64,000 nucleotides of DNA. Source: Eledone cirrhosa (Eukaryota). The DNA lies in assembly GCA_964016885.1 (NCBI GenBank), contig OZ024742.1:163308001-163372000 (forward strand). The letters run 5' to 3'. Within the stretch, counting starts at the first letter, position 1. Each line of letters opens with the position of its first letter. The notes under the pieces are model-generated. The model saw only the letters and a list, made by a program, of their open reading frames with translations, ran no database searches and was not told the origin of the DNA. Positions 30,601 through 42,051 of the stretch are shown here, in pieces. The position numbers were made by a program, and so were the translations under genes.

Positions 30601-32710
30601 TTCATGAATTTTATGAATTTTATGAATTTTAGGAATTTTAATAATTTTTGGAATTTTAGGAATTTTGGGAATTTTAGGAATTTTTTGAATTTCTTGGAAT
30701 TTTATGAATTTTTATGAATTTTATGAATTTTCTGAATTTTATGAATTTTTAGGAATTTTCTGAATTTTCTGAATTATATAAATTTTAGGAATCTTAAGAA
30801 TTTTAGGAATTTTAGGAATTTTATGAAATTCAAGAATTTTATGAATTTTTTGAATTTTATGAATTTTAGTAATTTTTTGGAATTTTCGTAATTTTATGAA
30901 TTTTTATGAATTTTATGAATTTTATGAATTTTATGAATTTTATGAATTTTAGGAATTTTAGGAATTTTGTAAATTTTATGAATTTTATGAATTTTATGAA
31001 TTTTTGGAATTTTAGGAATTTTAGGAATCTTAGGAATTTTATGAACTTTTTGAATTTTAGGAATTTTAATTTTATGAATTTTTGGAATTTGATGAATTTT
31101 AGGAATTTTATGAATTTTAGGAATTTTACGAATTTTAGTAATTTTAGGAATATTATAAATTTTAGGAATTTTAGGAATTTTATGAATTATATAAATTTTA
31201 GGAATTTTAGGAATATAGGAATTTTAGGAATTTTATAAATTTTATGAATTTTATGAATTTTAGGAATTTTAGGAATTTTAATAATTTTAGGAATTTTAGG
31301 AATTTTTGGAATTTTGGGAATTTTAGGAATTTTATGAATTTTATGAATTTTACGAATTTTAGTAATTTTAGGAATTTTAGGAATTTTATGAATTATATGA
31401 ATTTTATGAAATTTAAAATTTTACTAATTTTAGTAATTTTAGGAATTTTATAAATTTTAGGAATTTTAGGAATTTTAGGAATTTTAGGAATTTTAGGAAT
31501 TTAGGAATTTTAGGAATTTTAGGAATTTTAGGAATTTTAGGAATTTAAGGAATTTTTTGAATTTAGGAATTTTAGGAATTTCTATGAATTTTAGGAATTT
31601 TAGGAATTTTAGGAATTTTAAGAATTTTATGAATTTTATGAATTTTTGGAATTTTAGGAATTTTAGGAATTTTTTGGAATTTTCGGAATTTTATGAATTT
31701 TTTGAATTTTTATGAATTTTATGAATTTTATGAATTTTATGAATTTTAGGAATTTTTTGAATTTTATGAATTTTATGAATTTTAGGATTTTTATGAATTT
31801 TTTGAATTTTAGGAATTTTAGGAATTTTAGGAATTTTTGGAATTTGATGAATTTTAGGAACATTAGAAATGTTATGAATTTTAGGAATTTTATGAATTTT
31901 ATGAATTTTAGGAATTTTAGGAATTTTAGGACTTTTTAGGAATTTTAGGAATTTTAGGAATTTTAGGAATTTTTGGAATTTTAGGAATTTTAGGAATTTT
32001 AGGAATTTTTTGGAATTTTCAGAATTTTATGAATTTTTATGAATTTTATGAATTTTAGTAATTTTATGAATTTTAGGAATTTTATGAATTTTAAGGAATT
32101 TTAGGAATTTTAGGAATTTTAGGATTTTTATGAATTTTTTGAATTTTATGAATGTTATGAATTTTTGGAATTTTAGGAATTTTAGGAATTTTAGGAATTT
32201 TTGGAATTTTATGAATTTTATAAATTGTTGGAATTTTAGGAATTTTAGGAATTTTAGGAATTTTAAGAATTTTCGGAATTTTAGTAATTTTTTGGAATTT
32301 TCGGAATTTTATGAATTTTTATGAATTTTATGAATTTTATGAATTTTATGAATTTTATGAATTTTATGAATTTTAGGAATTTTAGGAATTTTAATAATTT
32401 TAGGAATTTTAGGAATTTTGGGAATTTTAGGAATTTTTTGAATTTCTTGGAATTTTATGAATTTTTCTGAATTTTATGGATTTTATGAATTTTATGAATT
32501 TTTAGGAATTTTCTGAATTTTCTGAATTATATAAATTTTAGGAATCTTAGGAATTTTAGGAGTTTTAGGAATTTTATGAAATTCAAGAATTTTAGGAATT
32601 TTTAGAATTTTATGAATCTTAGTAATTTTTTGGAATTTTCGTAATTTTATGAATTTTTATGAATTTTATGAATTTTATGAATTTTATGAATTTTATGAAT
32701 TTTATGAATT
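18238..32710 (+). repeat. Tandem higher-order duplication, ~7.2-kb period (copy 1 ~18238-25484, copy 2 ~25485-32710)
   Basis: ORF pairs are offset by 7247 (18821/26068, 19817/27064, 21540/28787), 7219 (22679/29898, 23687/30906) and 7210 (24453/31663, 24920/32130). The marker AACATTAGAAATGTT occurs at 19017/26264 and 24649/31859. Confidence 0.93.
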
Positions 32711-35700
32711 TTATGAATTTTAGGAATTTTATAAATTTTATGAATTTTATGAATTTTAGGAATTTTAGGAATTTTAATAATTTTAGGAATTTTAGGAATT
32801 TTTGGAATTTTGGGAATTTTAGGAATTTTAGGAATTTTAGGAATTTTAAGAATTTTAAGAATTTTAGGAATTTTATGAATTTTAGGAATTTTAAGAATTT
32901 TAGGAATTTTAGGAAATTTAGGAATTTTTTGAATTTCTTGGAATGTTATGAATTTTTATGAATTTTATGAATTTTATGAATTTTATGAATTTTATGAATT
33001 TTTGGAATTTTAGGAATTGTAGGAATCTTAGGAATTTTATGAATTTTATGAATTTTATGAAATTTAAAATTTTACGAATTTTATTAATTTTAGGAATTTT
33101 ATAAATTTTAGGAATTTTAGGAATTTTAGGAATTTTAGGAATTTTAGGAATTTAGGAATTTTAGGAATTTTAGGAATTTTAGGAATTTTAGGGATTTCTA
33201 TGAATTTTAGGAATTTTAGGAATTTTAGGAATTTTTAGGAATTTTAGGAATTTTAGGAATTTTATGAATTTTTGGAATTTTAGGAATTTTAGGAATTTTA
33301 TGAATTTTTTGGAATTTTCAGAATTTTATGAATTTTTATGAATTTTATGAATTTTAGTAATTTTATGAATTTTAGGAATTTTATGAATTTTAAGGAATTT
33401 TAGGAATTTTATGAATTTTAGGATTTTTATGAATTTTTTGAATTTTAGGAATTTTAGGAATTTTAGGAATTTTAGGAATTTTATGAATTTTATGAATTTT
33501 TGGAATTTTAGGAATTTTAGGAATTTTAGGAATTTTTGGAATTTTATGAATTTTATGAATTTTTGTAATTTTAGGAATTTTAGGAATTTTAGGAATTTTA
33601 AGAATTTTCGGAATTTTAGTAATTTTGGGGAATTTTCGGAATTTTATGAATTTTTATGAATTTTATGAATTTTATGAATTTTATGAATTTTATGAATTTT
33701 ATGAATTTTATGAATTTTAGGAATTTTAATAATTTTAGGAATTTTAGGAATTTTGGGAATTTTAGGAATTTTTTGAATTTCTTGGAATTTTATAAATTTT
33801 TATGAATTTTATGAATTTTATGAATTTTATGAATTTTTAGGAATTTTCTGAATTTTCTGAATTATATAAATTTTAGGAATCTTAGGAATTTTAGGAATTT
33901 TATAAATTTTATGAATTTTATGAATTTTAGGAATTTTAGGAATTTTAATAATTTTAGGAATTTTTGGAATTTTTGGAATTTTGGGAATTTTAGGAATTTT
34001 AGGAATTTTAGGAATTTTAAGAATTTTAAGAATTTTAGGAATTTTATGAATTTTAGGAATTTTAAGAATTTCAGGAATTTTAGGAAATTTAGGAATTTTT
34101 TGAATTTCTTGGAATTTTATGAATTTTTATGAATTTTATGCATTTTATGAATTTTATGAATTTTATGAATTTTTGGAATTTTAGGAATTGTAGGAATCTT
34201 AGGAATTTTATGAACTTTTTGAATTTTAGGAATTTTAATTTTATGAATTTTTGGAATTTGAGGAATTTTAGGAATTTTATGAATTTTAGGAATTTTAGGA
34301 ATTTTAGGAATTTTAGGAATTTTATAAATTTTAGGAATTTTAGGAATTTTATGAATTATATAAATTTTAGGAATTTTATGAATCTTAGGAATTTTAGGAA
34401 TTTTATGAATTTTATGAAATTTAAGAATCTTAGGAATTTTTTGAATTTTTTGAATTTTAGGAATTTTAGGAATTTTTCCGGATTTTCGTAATTTTATGAA
34501 TTTTTAGGAATTTTATGAATTTTATGAATTTTATGAAATTTAAAATTTTACTAATTTTAGTAATTTTAGGAATTTTATAAATTTTAGGAATTTTAGGAAA
34601 TTTAGGAATTTTAGGAATTTTAGGAATTTAGGAATTTTAGGAATTTTAGGAATTATAGGAATTTAAGGAATTTTTTGAATTTTAGGAATTTTAGTAATTT
34701 CTATGAATTTTAGGAATTTTAGGAATTTTAGGAATTTTAAGAATATTATGAATTTTATGAATTTTTGGAATTTTAGGAATTTTAGGAATTTTAGGAATTT
34801 TATGAATTTTAGTAATTTTATGAATTTTAGGAATTTTAGGAATTTTATGAATTTTATGAATTTTATGAATTTTAGGATTTTTAGGAATTTTTTGAATTTT
34901 AGGAATTTTATGAATTTTATGAATTTTAAGAATTTTTGGAATTTTAGGAATTTTAGGAATTTTAGGAATTTTTAGGAATTTTATGAATATTATGAATCTT
35001 ATGAATTTTTGGAATTTTTGGAATTTTAGGAATTTTAGGAATTTTAGCAATTTTTAGGAATTTTAGGAATTTTAGGAATTTTAGGAATTTTAGGAATTTT
35101 AAGAATTTTTTGGAATTTTCAGAATTTTATGAATTTTTATGAATTTTATGAATTTTAGTAATTTTATGAATTTTAGGAATTTTATGAATTTTAAGGAATT
35201 TTAGGAATTTTATGAATTTTAGGATTTTTATGAATTTTTTGAATTTTATGAATTTTATGAATTTTGGGAATTTTAGGAATTTTAGGAATTTTAGGAATTT
35301 TTGGAATTTTATGAATTTTATAAATTTTTGGAATTTTAGGAATTTTAGGAATTTTAGGAATTTTCAGAATTTTCGGAATTTTAGTAATTTTTTGGAATTT
35401 TAGGAATTTTATGAATTTTTATGAATTTTATGAATTTTATGAATTTTATGAATTTCATGAATTTTATGAATTTTATGAATTTTAGGAATTTTAATAATTT
35501 TTGGAATTTTAGGAATTTTGGGAATTTTAGGAATTTTTTGAATTTCTTGGAATTTTATGAATTTTTATGAATTTTATGAATTTTATGAATTTTATGAATT
35601 TTTAGGAATTTTCTGAATTTTCTGAATTATATAAATTTTAGGAATCTTAAGAATTTTAGGAATTTTAGGAATTTTATGAAATTCAAGAATTTTAGGAATT

Positions 35701-38700
35701 TTTTGAATTTTATGAATTTTAGTAATTTTTTGGAATTTTCGTAATTTTATGAATTTTTATGAATTTTATGAATTTTATGAATTTTATGAATTTTATGAAT
35801 TTTAGGAATTTTAGGAATTTTGTAAATTTTATGAATTTTATGAATTTTATGAATTTTTGGAATTTTAGGAATTTTAGGAATCTTAGGAATTTTATGAACT
35901 TTTTGAATTTTAGGAATTTTAATTTTATGAATTTTTGGAATTTGAGGAATTTTAGGAATTTTAGGAATTTTAGGAATTTTACGAATTTTAGTAATTTTAG
36001 GAATTTTATAAATTTTAGGAATTTTAGGAATTTTATGAATTATATAAATTTTAGGAATTTTAGGAATATAGGAATTTTAGGAATTTTATAAATTTTATGA
36101 ATTTTATGAATTTTAGGAATTTTAGGAATTTTAATAATTTTAGGAATTTTAGGAATTTTTGGAATTTTGGGAATTTTACGAATTTTATGAATTTTAGGAA
36201 TTTTACGAATTTTAGTAATTTTAGGAATTTTAGGAATTTTATGAATTATATAAATTTTAGGAATTTTAGTAATCTTAGGAATTTTAGGAATTTTATGAAT
36301 TTTATGAAATTTAAGAATCTTAGGAATTTTTTGAATTTTTTGAATTTTAGGAATTTTAGGAATTTTTCCGAATTTTCGTAATTTTATGAATTTTTATGAA
36401 TTTTATGAATTTTATGAATTTTATGAAATTTAAAATTTTACTAATTTTAGTAATTTTAGGAATTTTATAAATTTTAGGAATTTTAGGAATTTTAGGAATT
36501 TTAGGAATTTTAGGAATTTAGGAATTTTAGGAATTTTAGGAATTTTAGGAATTTTAGGAATTTAAGGAATTTTTTGAATTTTAGGAATTTTAGGAATTTC
36601 TATGAATTTTAGGAATTTTAGGAATTTTAGGAATTTTAAGAATTTTATGAATTTTATGAATTTTTGGAATTTTAGGAATTTTAGGAATTTTTTGGAATTT
36701 TCGGAATTTTATGAATTTTTTGAATTTTTACGAATTTTATGAATTTTATGAATTTTATGAATTTTAGGAATTTTTTGAATTTTATGAATTTTATGAATTT
36801 TAGGATTTTTATGAATTTTTTGAATTTTAGGAATTTTAGGAATTTTAGGAATTTTTGGAATTTGATGAATTTTAGGAACATTAGAAATGTTATGAATTTT
36901 ATGAATTTTATGAATTTTAGGAATTTTAGGAATTTTAGGAATTTTAGGAATTTTTAGGAATTTTAGGAATTTTAGGAATTTTAGGAATTTTATGAATTTT
37001 TGGAATTTTAGGAATTTTAGGAATTTTAGGAATTTTTTGGAATTTTCAGAATTTTATGAATTTTTATGAATTTTATGAATTTTAGTAATTTTATGAATTT
37101 TAGGAATTTTATGAATTTTAAGGAATTTTAGGAATTTTAGGAATTTTAGGATTTTTATGAATTTTTGAATTTTATGAATGTTATGAATTTTTGGAATTTT
37201 TGGAATTTTTGGAATTTTATGAATTTTATAAATTGTTGGAATTTTAGGAATTTTAGGAATTTTAGAAATTTTAAGAATTTTAGGAATTTTAGTAATTTTT
37301 TGGAATTTTCGGAATTTTATGAATTTTTATGAATTTTATGAATTTTATGAATTTTATGAATTTTATGAATTTTAGGAATTTTAGGAATTTTAGGAATTTT
37401 AATAATTTTAGGAATTTTAGGAATTTTGGGAATTTTAGGAATTTTTTGAATTTCTTGGAATTTTATGAATTTTTCTGAATTTTATGAATTTTATGAATTT
37501 TATGAATTTTTAGGAATTTTCTGAATTTTGTGAATTATATAAATTTTAGGAATCTTAGGAATTTTAGGAGTTTTAGGAATTTTATGAAATTCAAGAATTT
37601 TAGGAATTTTTAGAATTTTATGAATTTTAGTAATTTTTTGGAATTTTCGTAATTTTATGAATTTTTATGAATTTTATGAATTTTATGAATTTTATGAATT
37701 TTATGAATTTTATGAATTTTATGAATTTTATGAATTTTATGAATTTTATAAATTTTATGAATTTTATGAATTTTATGAATTTTAGGAATTTTAATAATTT
37801 TATGAATTTTATGAATTTTTGGAATTTTGGGAATTTTAGGAATTTTAGGAATTTTAGGAATTTTAAGAATTTTAAGAATTTTAGGAATTTTATGAATTTT
37901 AGGAATTTTAAGAATTTTAGGAATTTTAGGAAATTTAGGAATTTTTGAATTTCTTGGAATTTTATGAATTTTTATGAATTTTATGAATTTTATGAATTTT
38001 ATGAATTTTTGGAATTTTAGGAATTTTAGGAATCTTAGGAATTTTATGAACTTTTTGAATTTTAGGAATTTTAATTTTATGAATTTTTGGAATTTGAGGA
38101 ATTTTAGGAATTTTATGAATTTTAGGAATTTTACGAATTTTAGTAATTTTAGTAATTTTATAAATTTTAGGAATTTTAGGAATTTTATGAATTATATAAA
38201 TTTTAGGAATTTTAGGAATCTTAGGAATTTTAGGAATTTTATAAATTTTATGAATTTTATGAATTTTAGGAATTTTAGGAATTTTAATAATTTTAGGAAT
38301 TTTAGGAATTTTTGGTATTTTGGGAATTTTAGGAATTTTACGAATTTTAGTAATTTTAGGAATTTTATAAATTTTAGGAATTTTAGGAATTTTATGAATT
38401 ATATAAATTTTAGGAATTTTAGGAATCTTAGGAATTTTAGGAATTTTATGAATTTTATGAAATTTAAGAATCTTAGGAATTTTTTGAATTTTTTGAATTT
38501 TAGGAATTTTAGGAATTTTTCCGAATTTTCGTAATTTTATGAATTTTTAGGAATTTTATGAATTTTATGAATTTTATGAAATTTAAAATTTTACTAATTT
38601 TAGTAATTTTAGGAATTTTATAAATTTTAGGAATTTTAGGAATTTTAGGAATTTTAGGAATTTTAGGAATTTTTTGGAATTTTAGGAATTTTATGAATTT

Positions 38701-41700
38701 TTAGGAATTTTAGGAATTTTCGGAATTTTATGAATTTTTAGGAATTTTATGAATTTTATGAATTTTAGGAATTTTAGGAATTTTAGGAATTTCATGAATT
38801 TTAGGATTTTTATGAATTTTTTGAATTTTAGGAATTTTAGGAATTTTAGGAATTTTTGGAATTTGATGAATTTTAGGAACATTAGAAATGTTATGAATTT
38901 TAGGAATTTTATGAATTTTATGAATTTTAGGAATTTTTGGAATTTTAGGAATTTTAGGAAATTTAGGAATTTTTAGGAATTTTAGGAATTTTAGGAATTT
39001 TAGGAATTTTATGAATTTTTGGAATTTTTGGAATTTTAGCAATTTTAGGAATTTTAGGAATTTTTAGGAATTTTAGGAATTTTAGGAATTTTAGGAATTT
39101 TTGGAATTTTAGGAATTTTAGGAATTTTAGGAATTTTTAGGAATTTTTGGAATTTTAGCAATTTTAGGAATTTTAGGAATTTTTATGAATTTTATGAATT
39201 TTAGGAATTTTAGGAATTTTAGGAATTTTATGAATTTTAGGATTTTTATGAATTTTTTGAATTTTAGGAATTTTAGGAATTTTAGGAATTTTTGGAATTT
39301 GATGAATTTTAGGAACATTAGAAATGTTATGAATTTTAGGAATTTTATGAATTTTATGAATTTTAGGAATTTTAGGAATTTTAGGAATTTTAGGAATTTT
39401 ATGAATTTTTGGAATTTTTGGAATTTTAGCAATTTTAGGAATTTTAGGAATTTTTAGGAATTTTAGGAATTTTAGGAATTTTATGAATTTTTGGAATTTT
39501 AGGAATTTTAGGAATTTTAGGAATTTTTTGGAATTTTCAGAATTTTATGAATTTTTATGAATTTTATGAATTTTAGTAATTTTATGAATTTTAGGAATTT
39601 TATGAATTTTAAGGAATTTTAGGAATTTTATGAATTTTAGGATTTTTATGAATTTTTTGAATTTTATGAATTTTATGAATTTTTGGAATTTTAGGAATTT
39701 TAGGAATTTTAGGAATTTTAGGAATTTTAGGAATTTTAAGAATTTTAAGAATTTTAGGAATTTTAGGAAATTTAGGAATTTTTGAATTTCTTGGAATTTT
39801 ATGAATTTTTATGAATTTTATGAATTTTATGAATTTTATGAATTTTTGGAATTTTATGAATTTTAGGAATCTTAGGAATTTTATGAACTTTTTGAATTTT
39901 AGGAATTTTAATTTTATGAATTTTTGGAATTTGAGGAATTTTAGGAATTTTATGAATTTTACGAATTTTACGAATTTTAGTAATTTTAGGAATTTTATAA
40001 ATTTTAGGAATTTTAGGAATTTTATGAATTATATAGATTTTAGGAATTTTAGGAATCTTAGGAATTTTAGGAATTTTATGAATTTTATGAAATTTAAGAA
40101 TCTTAGGAATTTTTTGAATTTTTTGAATTTTAGGAATTTTAGGAATTTTTCCGAATTTTCGTAATTTTATGAATTTTTAGCAATTTTATGAATTTTATGA
40201 ATTTTATGAAATTTAAAATTTTACTAATTTTAGTAATTTTAGGAATTTTATAAATTTTAGGAATTTTAGGAATTTTGGGAATTTTAGTAATTTTAAGAAT
40301 TTTATCAATTTTATGAATTTTTTGAATTTCTTGGAATTTTAGGAATTTTAGGAATCTCAGGAATTTTATGAACTTTTTGAATTTTATTAATTTTATTAAT
40401 TTTATGAATTTTTGGAATTTGAGGAATTTTTTCGAATTTTATGAATTTTACGAATTTTACGAATTTTAGTAATTTTAGGAATTTTATAAATTTTATGAAT
40501 TTTAGGAATTTTATGAATTATAAATTTTAGGAATTTTAGGAATCTTAGGAATTTTATGAATTTTATGAATTTTATGAAATTTAAAATTTTACGAATTTTA
40601 GTAATTTTAGGAATTTTAGGAGTTTAGGAATTTTAGGAATTTTAGGAATTTTAGGAATTTTTATGTATTTTAGGAATTTTAGGAATTTTAGGAATTTTTA
40701 TGTATTTTATGAATTTTATGAATTTTATGAATTTTATGAATTTGATGAATTTTAGGGATTTTAGGAATTTTAAGAATTTTAGGAATTTTAGGAATTATTT
40801 TGAATTTTAGGAATTTTATGAATTTTTATGAATTTTAGGAATTTTATGAATTTTATGAATTTTATGAATTTTAGGAATTTTAGGAATTTTATGAATTTTA
40901 GGAATTTTATAAATTTTATGAATTTTATGAATTTTATGAATTTTATGAATTTTATGAATTTTTGGAGTTTTAGGAATTTTAGGAATTTTAGGAATTTAGG
41001 AATTTTTTGAATTTTAGGAATTTTAGGAATTTTAGGAATTTTTATGTATTTTAGGAATTTTAGGAATTTTATGAATTTTATGAATTTTAGGAATTTCAGG
41101 AATTTTAGGAATTTTATGAATTTTGAGGAATTTTTTTGAATTTTCGGAATTTTATGTATTTTTAGGAATTGTAGGAATTTTAGGAATTTTAGGAATTTTA
41201 GGAATTTTTGGACTTTTATGAATTTTATGAATTTTAAGAATTTTAGGAATTTCGAGGAATTTTTTTGAATTTTCGGAATTTTATGTATTTTTAGGAATTT
41301 TAGGAATTTTAGGAATTTTAGGAACTTTAGGAATTTTAGTAATTTTAGGAATTTTAATAATTTTAGGAATTTTAGGAATTTTTTGGAATTTTCGGAATTT
41401 TATGAATTTTTAGGAATTTTAGGAATTTTATGAATGTTATGAATTTTATGAATTTTATGAATTTTATGAATTTTAGGAATTTTATGAATTTTTGGAATTT
41501 TAGGAATTTTAGGAATTTTATGAATTTTTGGAATTTTATGAATTTTATGAATTTTATGAATTTTATGAATTTTAGGAATTTTATGAATTTTTGGAATTTT
41601 TATGAATTTTATGAATTTTATGAATTTTATGAATTTTTGGAATTTTAGGAATTTTAGGAATCTTAGGAATTTTATGAACTTTTTGAATTTTAGGAATTTT

Positions 41701-42040
41701 AATTTTATGAATTTTTGGAATTTGAGGAATTTTAGGAATTTTATGAATTTTAGGAATTTTACGAATTTTACGAATTTTAGGAATTTTATAAATTTTAGGA
41801 ATTTTAGGAATTTTAGGAATTATATAAATTTTAGGAATTTTAGGAATCTTAGGAATTTTAGGAATTTTATGAATTTTATGAAATTTAAGAATTTTAGGAA
41901 TTTTTTGAATTTTTTGAATTTTAGGAATTTTAGGAATTTTTCCGAATTTTCGTAATTTTATGAATTTTTAGGAATTTTATGAATTTTATGAATTCTATGA
42001 AATTTAAAATTTTACTAATTTTAGTAATTTTAGGAATTTT

Positions 42041-42051
42041 ATAAACTCCCC
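42041..42051. other. Sharp junction between array 1 and array 2
   Basis: The sequence reads ...TAGGAATTTTATAAA|CTCCCCTTGGACGGCTGG..., with no spacer, unique DNA or degenerate transition. Confidence 0.95.

Larger units (their letters stand above)
1..42045 (+). repeat. Satellite array 1: 9-bp monomer AATTTT-NNN (mainly AATTTTAGG and AATTTTATG), open at the left edge of the window
   Basis: Continuous head-to-tail 9-bp periodicity. Triplet variants include AAG, ACG, TGG, TTG, CGG, AGT, ATA, AAT, GGG, CTG and CGT. Occasional 8- and 10-bp units differ by one T. The ORF track reads (NFR/NFM)n throughout. Confidence 0.99.

Noticed and set aside
1203-41955. Many ORFs reading (NFR/NFM)n, (KFL/KFI)n or (KIP/KIH)n
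   Set aside because: A 9-bp unit is three codons, so some frames stay stop-free, and the ATG monomer supplies starts. The ORFs end wherever an 8- or 10-bp unit shifts the frame. There is no unique coding sequence or domain.
1-42045. Functional terminal telomere
   Set aside because: The G-containing strand runs into another satellite rather than to an end. The kb-scale duplications of variant patterns indicate recombination-based amplification, not telomerase synthesis.
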